Position numbers and translations under genes: made by a program. 54,702 nt of DNA from a virus (lineage: Duplodnaviria; Caudoviricetes): positions 1 to 54,702 of the IMG/VR virus record IMGVR_UViG_3300030430_001000. The stretch is one strand, 5' to 3'. The notes under the pieces are model-generated. The model saw nothing but the letters and a program-made list of their open reading frames with translations. It was not told the origin of the DNA and made no database searches. Position 1 is the first letter of the stretch. Each line of letters opens with the position of its first letter. This document shows, piece after piece, positions 30,728 through 40,939 of the stretch.

Positions 30728-31258
30728 TTAAGCTAACTGGTCTCTATCAACCTCGTCAGCTAATTGCTGATGCTCTCCATTACAGTCAATAACACAAGCA
30801 TATACTCGTATTTTTCCTGCTGTAACGTCAGCAGATGAAGCAATCAACTTTATATCAATCGTATCTGTAGTAGATATAAATTGTGTAAAAGTAGATGCAG
30901 CACCTGTTGTTACATCATTAGCCTGTCCATTAGAACCCTCTGCTAAGAAGCCTGTTGAAGTAACGTCACCGCCATCAATGATATCGTCACCCTCTGCAAA
31001 ATCAATATCTACAGTTGGTGAAGAGCCATCAAAAGCTGTGAGTACTTCTGCTCCTGCAAAAAGCACTAAAGTACCTGCAGGTATTTCAAGTAACTGAAAG
31101 ATATCTCCATTTGTACAAGAATAGTCTGTTATCTTACTGATATCCAGAATGTTCTCTATCATACGCATAGAAGTACCATTTCTGTTAGCAGGAAGAGCAG
31201 CAATGGAATTTGAGTTTACACCTGCTGTTGAACTAGCAGTCATGTCAAAAGTAGCCAT
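30728..31258 (-). CDS. Putative capsid decoration/minor capsid protein
   Basis: Directly downstream of the MCP, strong AGGAGG RBS, before the hairpin. Confidence 0.6.
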   Translation of the reverse strand: MATFDMTASSTAGVNSNSIAALPANRNGTSMRMIENILDISKITDYSCTNGDIFQLLEIPAGTLVLFAGAEVLTAFDGSSPTVDIDFAEGDDIIDGGDVTSTGFLAEGSNGQANDVTTGAASTFTQFISTTDTIDIKLIASSADVTAGKIRVYACVIDCNGEHQQLADEVDRDQLA

Positions 31259-31272
31259 ATTCTAATCCTCCT

Positions 31273-32334
31273 TTATATTGAAGAAACATATAAAGCCCTA
31301 GTCAATGCTTCAGGTCTTAATATTTTTCTTCCGTATAGATGCATTCCTCTTACAATATCTGCAAATGAATCTGGGTCACGATATGTTTCCGTTTTGTTGA
31401 TTTGCTCTGCAGATGCTACTGCTGATGAATGCCCTGCACAAATGACACCAAAATGAGTACTTCCTGTTGCAGTAGCTCCTGTTGGTCCATTACCTTTTGC
31501 AGGTAAATTGTTTGACATATACACTTTAAAGCCGTGTATATTATTAAAGATTAATCCATTTTGCAATCCTGAACCACCGAAGTCAGAGTCTAACAAACGT
31601 GAGTCCTCGTCCTTTAATAATTCAGCGAACACTGGGTCAATAACTAACCAACGTCCTTGAGTGTCAACAAACTGTTGGTCTAGTTTTCTTGACATTCTTG
31701 CAATAATAGATAATGGTGAAGCTTTAGCTGTAGTAGTATTTAAACTATCTCCACCTGCTCTTGGTACAGCCACAATAGAGTTTCCTGATGAACCCCCATT
31801 AAAGTCTGCTGCGTCTACTTGCATGGACGCTAACAATTCATCTGAACCTGCTGTTGATACAGCTTTTGTACCAGATACAGTTGTATTAGCTGCACTTGCT
31901 ACAGTGTTCAAAGCAGATTGTTTAAATCCACATAAATATCCAAGAACTTCTTGGTCGAATTGGTCTGCGAGTCGATATGCTGCTCTATCACTTGCAAGAC
32001 TTTGAAAGTTTATATGAGAATGTGCTTCCTCAATGTCGTCAACTTTAAAAGCATAATAGTTTGCTTTGTCAACAACAAGAGAAAAATCCTCGTCGTCAAG
32101 GTCTTGTGGAGTGATTTGAACACCTCTAGCATATTCTTTCACAGTGATTTCAGGTTCTTTGATAATCTTAACAGTATCTCCGAGTCCAGAAATCTCCCCA
32201 AAATAATCAGAGTTAGTGATAGCTTCCACAACAGATGACTTACGAAATGCAAGTTGCACCTGTTTGGAATAGATTACTGGAGAGAAATTGCCGTTAGGTA
32301 AATTACCATAACCTGCTGCTGTTTGAAAAGCCAT
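31273..32334 (-). CDS. Major capsid protein
   Basis: NLPNGNFSPVIYSK, GDTVKIIKEP, DIVRGMHLYGRKILRPE; follows scaffold; AAGGAGG RBS. Confidence 0.9.
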   Translation of the reverse strand: MAFQTAAGYGNLPNGNFSPVIYSKQVQLAFRKSSVVEAITNSDYFGEISGLGDTVKIIKEPEITVKEYARGVQITPQDLDDEDFSLVVDKANYYAFKVDDIEEAHSHINFQSLASDRAAYRLADQFDQEVLGYLCGFKQSALNTVASAANTTVSGTKAVSTAGSDELLASMQVDAADFNGGSSGNSIVAVPRAGGDSLNTTTAKASPLSIIARMSRKLDQQFVDTQGRWLVIDPVFAELLKDEDSRLLDSDFGGSGLQNGLIFNNIHGFKVYMSNNLPAKGNGPTGATATGSTHFGVICAGHSSAVASAEQINKTETYRDPDSFADIVRGMHLYGRKILRPEALTRALYVSSI

Positions 32335-32538
32335 GTTATTCCTCCTTTAGCTTTATACAGATGCGAAACTACAATTCATTTTAGTGGCTAACTTGTGTAA
32401 GGTGCAGATAAAAAGTGTATGCCTACACTATTTAAATGGGCTTAACAATATTAGGTAAACTTAAACTGATTGACGTTTGCCAGTTTGTATGTGTAAGTGG
32501 TCATGCAGAGGTTACACACACATTATTATACATACTTA

Positions 32539-32566
32539 GTTATACGCATAAATTCTTTTTTGTCAA
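32539..32566 (-). promoter_or_regulatory. Sigma70 promoter for the capsid operon
   Basis: TTGACA (32566-32561), 16 bp spacer, TATAAC (32544-32539); shares TATAACTAA with the 6729 promoter. Confidence 0.65.
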
Positions 32567-32574
32567 CACTTTTT

Positions 32575-33474
32575 TTAACGTGCACTACCAGAAAGGTCAT
32601 AAATAAACTTACCACTTCTAATTGCTTCCATAATAGAGTCTGCTTTCTTTTCGTATTCATTTGCTGTCATTTTCTGAACGTCTGACTCTTTTATAAAAGA
32701 TTTAGTTTCGTCTGCTTGTGGTGTGTTTCTTTCACCTTTCGTTGCTATAGATTTTGCTGCGTCTTTACTTGTTGACTTTTTACTTTTTGATATGCCTTTG
32801 TCTGCTTTGTATAAATCTATTGCCCTTGCTGCAGACCTAGCATCATTTTCATTTTCATATAGAGCGTCTTGCACCCATTTCGGTTGTGTTTCTGCCCAGT
32901 CGTGAAACTCGTCTGTTTCTTTTATTTCATTAAAATCTGGGTGATATTTTAATAATTCTGTTTCAGCTTTTTCTCTTGAAACATTTTGTTGCATTTCGTC
33001 TATTTGTTTTACACGTTTTTCAAGTGCGTCTGATTGCTCCTTTGCTTTTTTAATTGCTATCGTTTCTACTATAGATGCAATGTCAGGATATTGTTTTGTC
33101 CACTCTTCTATTTCTTCTTCAGAACTAGGTAACTTTATTTCTTTTTTTGTTGCTTCTTCGAGTTGTTTTTTAAGTTCTTCAAACTGTTTTTTATTTTCTT
33201 TATCTTTGTCTTGCATGTGTCTACGCAAATCACCATAGCGTTTTTTAAAAGTTTTTTCTTCTGCGCTAAGTTTTTCGTCAGACTCTTCAACGGACTTATT
33301 ATCAACTTGTTCAGTGCTGTCACTAGACTTTGCTTTATTTTCTTCAATAAGTTTAGCAAGTTCCTCTTCCTCTCTTTTTCTTTTTTCTTCATTGGTATAT
33401 TTTTGTCGTTTTAACACCATAGCTTTTGGTGGCTGATTGTCTTGTGATTTAGTTTCTGTTACTTGTTCGTTCAT
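32575..33474 (-). CDS. Capsid scaffolding protein
   Basis: Charged coiled coil, FKKRYGDLRRH, HPDF, ends YDLSGSAR; upstream of MCP; ATG at 33474 follows AAGGAG. Confidence 0.75.
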   Translation of the reverse strand: MNEQVTETKSQDNQPPKAMVLKRQKYTNEEKRKREEEELAKLIEENKAKSSDSTEQVDNKSVEESDEKLSAEEKTFKKRYGDLRRHMQDKDKENKKQFEELKKQLEEATKKEIKLPSSEEEIEEWTKQYPDIASIVETIAIKKAKEQSDALEKRVKQIDEMQQNVSREKAETELLKYHPDFNEIKETDEFHDWAETQPKWVQDALYENENDARSAARAIDLYKADKGISKSKKSTSKDAAKSIATKGERNTPQADETKSFIKESDVQKMTANEYEKKADSIMEAIRSGKFIYDLSGSAR

Positions 33475-33553
33475 TTTATATTCTCCTTTTGGGGTAACTG
33501 TAGTCCACATCTACATGTGGGGAGTTAGTTGCCAATGGGGTGTAGTGTACTAT

Positions 33554-36061
33554 TTAATATTTTCTTTTCATAAGACCACCTTTTTTAAATCTTCCGAGGT
33601 CTTGTGGGGTAATTTTATTAGGCTTTGTTACCCCTATTCCTTCATCATAATACTTAAATGTTTCTTCTAATAAATCATTTTGTAATTCTTTATTATCAGG
33701 AAATAATCTTTTTATATAATCTATTATATTTTGTGCAGCAAATTTTTTATTTTTTTCAGATGATGTTTGTTGTCTATATTTTCTATCTCCTCTTTTTTCT
33801 GTTAGTGATGGTGAATCTCCAATTACAGGTAATGTTCCTGTTTCTTCTAGTGGTGAAGATAGTGTTGGTGAATCTCCTATTGCAGGTCCTGCTGATAATG
33901 ATGAGGGTAAATCTACTGTTCCTCTTAGTGATGAAGATAGTGTTGGTGGCACTGTATTTACATTCACTGCATCTGTGCCAAATGGAGCACCACCTGTAAG
34001 CTCAACTTCACCTGAGGGAGGAGGACTCATTGCACCTGTTTGAGTCGCTGTTTTTTGACCTATGTTTGCAGGTCTTGCTAGTGGTGTCTGTGGTTTTTCA
34101 GTAATTACTGCAGGACTAAGTGTTTTTCCCTTTTTAAAATTATCTAAACTTCTATTAATTAATTCTTTTTTTTCTGACAATTCTAATGGCAAACCTGCTA
34201 CTCTATTTTTTATGTCTTCTCCTGCCATCTTTAATCTTTCTGAAAAAGTTAAACCTTCTAAAGACTTATCAAAATTTGCAAGGGTTGCTTCTTGTTGGTT
34301 TTTTCTTTCTTGTCTTTTTGTAAGTCCTTTACGTCTTTTCTTTTTTAATCGTGCCTGTTCATTTGCAAATGCTTCAGGGTCAAGTGCACTTTCAAATAAC
34401 ATTCTACCTGTATTAGTATCTGCATATCTATTTATTGTTTCTTGTAAACCTATGTCTGCAATTTGTTTTTGAAAACCTTTAGTATTTTTTAATCTTTCAG
34501 CTTCAGAATTGGTAAGTCTACGTCCTTTGTAAAAAATACCAGACATACCTTCACTAACACCTTCATTTAAATCTGTGTCTTCTTCTTCCTGTTCAGGAGG
34601 TGCTGGAGTTAATTTTCCTTTAACAATATCTAATTTATTTGAGATAGGTCTGTCTAAATAGTCTACTGTAACTTCTACTTTATTTCCGTCTGCGTCTAAA
34701 TAATTTTTTTTGTAAAATTTATTTTTATCTCTTGTGCTTACAACGTCTGTGCCGTTACTCGCAGTCAAAACACCACCCTCAGACATTTCTTTTTTATCGT
34801 CTTTCTTTTCTTTTTTGTCACTTTCCATAACAATAATGTCAGTTACACCAAATGGTAAGTCGTCAGGTATTTCTGCTTCTTCAGAGTTGCCCATCTGACC
34901 CATCTTTTCCATTAACTTTAAACCCATCTTAGCTTCTTGTCTCATTTGCATTAATTTATTTAGTCCAATAAATCTAACAACGTCAGCAGGAAAAACAAAT
35001 TCACCTTCACTTAACATAGCAGGTATATCGTCACGCACCTCTTTTTTTAAAGAACCAGAAGGCACTTCATTACCAGACTCTTTGTCAATAGTTCCACCTT
35101 CGTCTTGAAGTCCTCCGTCTTGCATAAATGCCATTTCCATTTGTTCTTCCATTACTGTGCCTCCTTTATTAAATTTATATCTTACATCACTAGGGATAGC
35201 CACACCTGTTTGAGTTGGAACAGGTTGAGGAGCTTCTGATTTCTTCCAGTATTCAACTCCTTTAGCAAACACTCGGTCACCAATAACTGTTGCTTCTTTA
35301 GCACCCTTAACAGCTTGTCCTGTCTTTAAATCAATAAATAAGTGGTGTACTCCCGGATTAAAACCAATTTCTACTAAGTCTTCATCACTATCTAGTAGAT
35401 TCTTATTAGGTACATATTCACCATCTACAGACATAGCATTAAATTTACTTTTAGCTTCTGGGGTATCAATACCTTTTATTTTAGATGCAATTCCTGTTCT
35501 ACCAGTTTGACTTACACTAAAGACTACATTCTTAACTGTAGCGAAAGGCAAGTAAGATAAGGCTTTACCACTAAAAGAACCTTTGTGTAGTGTCTGAAGT
35601 TTATCCAAACCTTTAGGCATGTCAGGAATTTTAGAGTTTAGATTTAAGCGAATTCCTACTTTTGTACCTTCAGGCACTTCAGCATTCATAAGAGCATTTG
35701 CCCTAGTGTTTCCTGCTGTAGCATTCTTAGCTTTTTCTGTCATCTCAACAGCAATAGCTGCATCATATCTTTTTAGAAACTTACCATCTTGTAGTTTTTT
35801 GTTGATACCAATTTCTAATGGTTCAGAGGGTACTACATCAGGTTTTTTACTAACAACTGATGTTGTATCTGCAGGTGGTAAATCTGTGTCTACTAGTTTT
35901 TCTGTGTTGCTTTTAGGGTCAACAATTTTAATATCTTGCTCTTCTATATCTTTTATTTGTTGTTTTAATACATTATCATCTAACTGTTCTGTTTGTTGCA
36001 CAGTTTTTTTAGGAACTTGTTTTTTAATCACTTCTTTAAATAACTTACCTAGAACTGCCAT
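33554..36061 (-). CDS. Multi-domain virion-associated protein (DDIPAMLSEGEFV domain)
   Basis: 835 aa between portal and scaffold; several xxGG motifs; probable internal start at 35152. Confidence 0.7.
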   Translation of the reverse strand: MAVLGKLFKEVIKKQVPKKTVQQTEQLDDNVLKQQIKDIEEQDIKIVDPKSNTEKLVDTDLPPADTTSVVSKKPDVVPSEPLEIGINKKLQDGKFLKRYDAAIAVEMTEKAKNATAGNTRANALMNAEVPEGTKVGIRLNLNSKIPDMPKGLDKLQTLHKGSFSGKALSYLPFATVKNVVFSVSQTGRTGIASKIKGIDTPEAKSKFNAMSVDGEYVPNKNLLDSDEDLVEIGFNPGVHHLFIDLKTGQAVKGAKEATVIGDRVFAKGVEYWKKSEAPQPVPTQTGVAIPSDVRYKFNKGGTVMEEQMEMAFMQDGGLQDEGGTIDKESGNEVPSGSLKKEVRDDIPAMLSEGEFVFPADVVRFIGLNKLMQMRQEAKMGLKLMEKMGQMGNSEEAEIPDDLPFGVTDIIVMESDKKEKKDDKKEMSEGGVLTASNGTDVVSTRDKNKFYKKNYLDADGNKVEVTVDYLDRPISNKLDIVKGKLTPAPPEQEEEDTDLNEGVSEGMSGIFYKGRRLTNSEAERLKNTKGFQKQIADIGLQETINRYADTNTGRMLFESALDPEAFANEQARLKKKRRKGLTKRQERKNQQEATLANFDKSLEGLTFSERLKMAGEDIKNRVAGLPLELSEKKELINRSLDNFKKGKTLSPAVITEKPQTPLARPANIGQKTATQTGAMSPPPSGEVELTGGAPFGTDAVNVNTVPPTLSSSLRGTVDLPSSLSAGPAIGDSPTLSSPLEETGTLPVIGDSPSLTEKRGDRKYRQQTSSEKNKKFAAQNIIDYIKRLFPDNKELQNDLLEETFKYYDEGIGVTKPNKITPQDLGRFKKGGLMKRKY

Positions 36062-36266
36062 TTATTTCGTCCTTTAATTTTTTTAATGTACGTAATGTGT
36101 TTACAGAACCTTGTGACCTATTTAAAATAGTAACACTGTCTGTCTGTTCCATTATTCTGTGTTGTTCAGTAATTAAAAAATCTAAATACTTACTGAACTC
36201 TTCCCACTGGTGGTGATTGCTCACCAGTGCCTTGAGCTTCTTGAGGTGCTCCTGCTTGTTGTTCAT
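36045..36266 (-). CDS. Hypothetical protein downstream of portal
   Basis: Overlaps the portal 3' end; LNRSQG...LKKLKDEIN; start uncertain. Confidence 0.6.
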   Translation of the reverse strand: MNNKQEHLKKLKALVSNHHQWEEFSKYLDFLITEQHRIMEQTDSVTILNRSQGSVNTLRTLKKLKDEINGSSR

Positions 36267-38331
36267 TACCTGTAAATCCTTGTTCACCGGGAGTTGGTGC
36301 TACTCCTGTTCCTATTGTGCCACCTCCTGCACCAGTTGGGTCATTTGGGTCTGCTCCTGCAGGTGGTTGTTGTTCTTGTTGGGGTGTTGTGTCAGGTCTC
36401 ATTGCTTTCATTAGTTCAGCTTGTATTGCTGCTTCGTTCATATTATTTGTTACTTTATCTGGGTCTAAGTCCATTGTCTTTGCAATTTCTCTAATAATAT
36501 ATTGAAACTTAGCAAAAGGTGCAAGTGCAGGATTAGAAGCAACTCCTAAAAACTGCATGAGTCTTTGACTACGCACTTCATTTGCCATTAAACTTTCTGT
36601 TCCTCTAGCTTTTATTTCTAAGTCACCCTGTATTTCTGGGTCAAAGTCAAACTGCATATTAAATTGAAAGAAACCCTCGCCTAAAGGTCTTAGTAAATAG
36701 TCATCTATATTTTTAATTACAGTTTTTATGTTACCACTTGCAGCGTTCATTAACATAGATATACCACTGGCTGTTCTTCCAACACCTGTAATACCTGTTT
36801 GCCCATGTGCAAAAGAAGGAAAGCCTGTGCTTTCGTCTGCTAATTGTCTAGCTTTATCAAACAACTGCATATTTTCGTTACTTACATTTGGAAACTTTGT
36901 ACCAAATATAGCTTGTCCGGGTGCACCTCCCTGTCTTCTAAATACTTTTCCGGGGTACACACTTAGGTCTTGTCCGGGCACTAAATTAGTTTCGTCCACT
37001 TCTATTAAAAGATTTCCTGACAACACGGCATTGTCAACTGCCATACGCATAAATCCGTTCATTAGTGTCTGTGTGTCGTCCATGTTTTCTGCAAGACCCA
37101 CACCAAAAAAACTATAGGGATTAAGTTCATAAGGTGCTGCCATGTAAGGTATCTTCATAGGCTTAAATGGGTTTAAAACCATTCTTATTAATTTATTATT
37201 ACAAATCCATACGTTTGCTTGTAGTTCGTCAAATGTTTGTAACTCCTCTGGTATCTCTATATCTTGTTCTTTCAGTAAACTTGTATCTACCATACCCCAA
37301 TATTCAAATACTTCAAATCTCTCAATGTAATGTGAGTCAGCGTAATCTCCTAAATCGTCTTCCCAATATTTTTTATTATAGTCTTCCCCCATTGCAATAC
37401 AGTCATCTATAACCTGACTTCTAAAGTATGGACGTTTTTTAAGTGCTCTTAATTGTGAACGAGACATCTTGTGTCTTTCAATAGCATATGTTGCTTCGTC
37501 CATGTTACTTGCGTCTGGGTCAGGATAAAAATTCCACACAGATACATTAGATAACTGTGGTATTGTTTTAAACTCTGGGTTGTAATCACCTTCTTCATTC
37601 CAGTTTGGATATTCTTTATCTACAGCAAAAGGTCCTTTCATTACACCAGTTCCAAACAACGCCATTTCAAAAGACGTAGTTCTTAAATGTTTGTTTGCAC
37701 CTGACTCTTGTAATTGGTCGTGTATTTTCTTTTGCATTTTTTTAGCTGCAATCATGGCAGGACTAAACGTAACTGAGGTAGGTGTTTGACCTGCACCCTG
37801 CTCTAGTCCATCTATGTCCTCTAATTTTTTAGATAAAGGACCTAGTTTATCATTTAAAGAAGTTTGTGTAGCACCAGCAGGAAAGTCCATGCCGTCACCT
37901 GCAAAACCATACGGACTTTCGTTTTCATCTTGTTTTATAGCGTCTGGTTTTTGTGGGTCAAAGTTTACATTTTCAACAACACCCTCTGGTAATTCTGTTG
38001 GCTCTACTGTTAAAGGAAATTTATTACCTGCAAATAAAACGTCAACAATTTGTCCGTAAGCAGCAAGTGTTTTTGTTTTTGTTACTTTTATAAACACCCT
38101 AGACTTTTCAGCTTCTGTAAATTGAATATCGGAACTATATAGACCTCTGTAATTTTTATAGGCTCTTAACCATCTTTGTTCGTCATTATATCTATAGTCT
38201 TCTGCTTTATGATATCTACCCATTACAAAAGGCACAATATTTTCTACGTCATAGTCCTGTTCATTTTCTTTTTCAGAGTCTGCCAACGATACAGCGTCGT
38301 CATCTATCATTACTTCATTTTCTTCTGCCAT
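36190..38331 (-). CDS. Portal protein
   Basis: 713 aa after terminase; FGTGVMKGP, NFYPDP, RTASGISML motifs. Confidence 0.88.
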   Translation of the reverse strand: MAEENEVMIDDDAVSLADSEKENEQDYDVENIVPFVMGRYHKAEDYRYNDEQRWLRAYKNYRGLYSSDIQFTEAEKSRVFIKVTKTKTLAAYGQIVDVLFAGNKFPLTVEPTELPEGVVENVNFDPQKPDAIKQDENESPYGFAGDGMDFPAGATQTSLNDKLGPLSKKLEDIDGLEQGAGQTPTSVTFSPAMIAAKKMQKKIHDQLQESGANKHLRTTSFEMALFGTGVMKGPFAVDKEYPNWNEEGDYNPEFKTIPQLSNVSVWNFYPDPDASNMDEATYAIERHKMSRSQLRALKKRPYFRSQVIDDCIAMGEDYNKKYWEDDLGDYADSHYIERFEVFEYWGMVDTSLLKEQDIEIPEELQTFDELQANVWICNNKLIRMVLNPFKPMKIPYMAAPYELNPYSFFGVGLAENMDDTQTLMNGFMRMAVDNAVLSGNLLIEVDETNLVPGQDLSVYPGKVFRRQGGAPGQAIFGTKFPNVSNENMQLFDKARQLADESTGFPSFAHGQTGITGVGRTASGISMLMNAASGNIKTVIKNIDDYLLRPLGEGFFQFNMQFDFDPEIQGDLEIKARGTESLMANEVRSQRLMQFLGVASNPALAPFAKFQYIIREIAKTMDLDPDKVTNNMNEAAIQAELMKAMRPDTTPQQEQQPPAGADPNDPTGAGGGTIGTGVAPTPGEQGFTGNEQQAGAPQEAQGTGEQSPPVGRVQ

Positions 38332-38333
38332 AA

Positions 38334-38531
38334 TTAATTTTCCTTGTTTACGCAGTCTAATTGTATTCTATAGTACTCATTGCTTTCGTGTTTATTCCAG
38401 TTGTCTTCATTAATAATTTTATTACACTGCTCTAAAGTAAATAGTTCTTTTAGTATGTACTGATTACCTGTGTACACCCAGTCTTCTCCATTGTAACCCC
38501 ATATACTAATTAATAATAAATACATTTTCAT
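38334..38531 (-). CDS. Hypothetical protein
   Basis: Fills the gap between terminase and portal. Confidence 0.55.
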   Translation of the reverse strand: MKMYLLLISIWGYNGEDWVYTGNQYILKELFTLEQCNKIINEDNWNKHESNEYYRIQLDCVNKEN

Positions 38532-38533
38532 TT

Positions 38534-40093
38534 TTAATATCCAAATGTTTGGTCTGCGATTGGCATACTATTTGGTCTTGATGCGTGTGGGTCATAGTCA
38601 AAAATACTAAATCGTGGTCTTGACATAATACCATATCGTAGAGCGTCATACAAGTGGTCCTCTGAATTAGTGTCTATATCTTCAGGGTTCTTTTTATCCA
38701 ACGGAATAGCAGGTAACTGAGATATAAGATTAGTACAATTATTAAATATAACAAGTCGAGGCTCTTCTGTAAACTCGTCCACTTGTAGTCTTCTATGTAT
38801 TTCATTTTTACCTGCAACTCTTGACCCTTTACTTCTATCTGATTGTCTCCAACGACACCCTTTACTAATCATTTGCTCTGCTAATGAAGGTCCTGTATCT
38901 CCACGTTTATGCCATAAACTACTGTCTAGCACTCCGTATCGTATGTTTCCGTCTCCTGCTTCAGCTTCTAGTATCATGTCTGCTAAGTCCGTTGCAAGTA
39001 CTTTTGAAACATAAAGTTCTCTGTATACCACAAGTTGCTCACTAGGATTAACAGCAATCCAAACAACTGCAGACTTACTTCCATACCCATAGTCACATGC
39101 CCTAAACTTAACCCAATTATTAGGTATATTAAAAGGTTCAATAACATGTACGTCACGATTAAACTCAGTAAACGCTGCTCCTTCTTTAATATCCCAATCC
39201 CCATCAAGTAGTTGTCTTCTTTGTTGTTCAGGTAACGAAAGAAGCATTGCTTCATAATCTCCTTGTTCAGAGAGATATGGATTGTCAGTGAGTCTAGCTG
39301 GTATAAACCTACGTTTGAACAAAGCTTGACCTGCTTTTTTATGACCTGAAGGATATCGTAATGTTTCTCCTGTTTCAATATCTTTTGCCTCAAATGATTC
39401 TCCTGCAGGCGCAGGGTCAATAAACATTTTTTTTACCCAGTGATGACCCCTGCCTCCGGGGTTTGTTGTTGCTCTCATGTACACTGGTAAGTCTGGTGAT
39501 GTGCTTCTTAAACGTGACCTCATGTAATCCCAAGCAAAAGGTGTAGACCATTGTGTCAGTTCGTCAAATCCTATCCAACTAAATGCAAGTCCTTGATATC
39601 TTAATACGTCGTCGTCTCTGTCAAGATAGGATAGCCACAGTCTTGCACCTGACGGAGCTACCCATTGCATTTTTCTTTCAGACCATTTTATTCCTTTCCA
39701 GATTTTTGGGTATAGTTCTTGAGATTTGAATATAAGTTCACGTAACTCCTCCGTAGTGTGACGTAAAAGCAACCCACTAAAATGAGGGTGACCCATATAT
39801 CTAAGTGGGTCTGAAAGCATAGCATAAGATTTTCCACCACCTGCACTACCTCCATATAAAACCTCTCTTTCACTTGCAGCTAGAAAGTCTGTCTGAGGAC
39901 CTTCATTAGGTTTAAAAACAACATTGTAAGTTTCTTCAATAGGTAGTTGAGTACTAATACTAATGGACTGTTTTGTTTTCTTGGGTTGCACCTGTTCTTT
40001 CGGCTTCGATTTTCTTCGCTTTGGCGATAGCCTTTTCTGCATACTCTGCCCACTTGCGAATGCTTCTAGCTTGGTTCTTACGTTTTTTTTCAT
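38534..40093 (-). CDS. terL: Terminase large subunit
   Basis: Walker A YGGSAGGGKS, Walker B GFDELT, ATTNPGG, nuclease DYG and DHLYDALRY; start uncertain. Confidence 0.95.
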   Translation of the reverse strand: MKKNVRTKLEAFASGQSMQKRLSPKRRKSKPKEQVQPKKTKQSISISTQLPIEETYNVVFKPNEGPQTDFLAASEREVLYGGSAGGGKSYAMLSDPLRYMGHPHFSGLLLRHTTEELRELIFKSQELYPKIWKGIKWSERKMQWVAPSGARLWLSYLDRDDDVLRYQGLAFSWIGFDELTQWSTPFAWDYMRSRLRSTSPDLPVYMRATTNPGGRGHHWVKKMFIDPAPAGESFEAKDIETGETLRYPSGHKKAGQALFKRRFIPARLTDNPYLSEQGDYEAMLLSLPEQQRRQLLDGDWDIKEGAAFTEFNRDVHVIEPFNIPNNWVKFRACDYGYGSKSAVVWIAVNPSEQLVVYRELYVSKVLATDLADMILEAEAGDGNIRYGVLDSSLWHKRGDTGPSLAEQMISKGCRWRQSDRSKGSRVAGKNEIHRRLQVDEFTEEPRLVIFNNCTNLISQLPAIPLDKKNPEDIDTNSEDHLYDALRYGIMSRPRFSIFDYDPHASRPNSMPIADQTFGY

Positions 40094-40376
40094 TATGTAT
40101 TCGTTTCCTTAAACCTACGTGAGAAATGTATCGTCCTGTTTGTGTTGTCAGCCAGTTTGCTACTTCACGAAATGAGTATTGTTTAACATAGTCTTTTGCC
40201 ATTTCGAGTTTATCAAGCTCATTTATAACAGGCTGTAATAGTTCAGGGTCTTTTTCGTCAACCACATAACCAAAAGGTATCTGCCTTGCTATTCGAGGTA
40301 TGGGTATCCACTCTTTATCTTCTTTTATATCTACTGGTTGTGGTAGTTCCCAACCTCCTAAACTTCTACTCGTCAT
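39960..40376 (-). CDS. Conserved hypothetical, possible HTH DNA-binding protein
   Basis: IPFGY...SFREVANWL...ISHVGLRKR. Confidence 0.65.
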   Translation of the reverse strand: MTSRSLGGWELPQPVDIKEDKEWIPIPRIARQIPFGYVVDEKDPELLQPVINELDKLEMAKDYVKQYSFREVANWLTTQTGRYISHVGLRKRIHNEKKRKNQARSIRKWAEYAEKAIAKAKKIEAERTGATQENKTVH

Positions 40377-40737
40377 CTTCTTTTGCCTTCGGTGGCATAA
40401 GCATTACTCCACCTGACGTTTCAACCTGCACCTTCTCTGTTTTAATCAAACCTGTTCGGTCTAATAACTCTTTTGCTGCCGACATCTTATCTCTAATACC
40501 AAGTTCTGTTGGGTCTAACAGTCCACCAGCTAATGCAACTGCAGCTTTTGGAGCATTACGAGCCATATAAGACTGTGTTGCTTCCATTATTTCCTCTTTT
40601 AAGCCATTTACTATTTCCGTTGTAGAACTTCCTTCTGCGTAACCTGCTAGTTTTTTTGCCATTACAACGTCTCCTGCAGCTCCGTCAAATAAAACTTGCA
40701 TAAACTTTTGTTGTTTTTCCGTTAATTGCCTAGCCAT
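40366..40737 (-). CDS. Putative terminase small subunit
   Basis: LTEKQQKF...LAGY N-terminus, AAKELLDR, ends LMPPK; upstream of terL. Confidence 0.6.
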   Translation of the reverse strand: MARQLTEKQQKFMQVLFDGAAGDVVMAKKLAGYAEGSSTTEIVNGLKEEIMEATQSYMARNAPKAAVALAGGLLDPTELGIRDKMSAAKELLDRTGLIKTEKVQVETSGGVMLMPPKAKEDDE

Positions 40738-40937
40738 TATATTTGTTCTCCTATATTAAATCTTTGACACATAGGTTGAGTATACTGAAAAGATGGCACT
40801 AATTCTAATGTCTTTGCAGCGTCTGCAGCTACATGATAACACTGCTCTCTGGTGTTTGGTTTAATGTCACCTTTTGTAATAATTACACAAGAATCTGCAA
40901 ACATTGTTGTACACGTAATCACCATTGCTACCCACAT
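40737..40937 (-). CDS. Small Cys-containing hypothetical protein
   Basis: Hydrophobic start, four Cys; coupled to neighbours. Confidence 0.55.
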   Translation of the reverse strand: MWVAMVITCTTMFADSCVIITKGDIKPNTREQCYHVAADAAKTLELVPSFQYTQPMCQRFNIGEQI

Positions 40938-40939
40938 AG

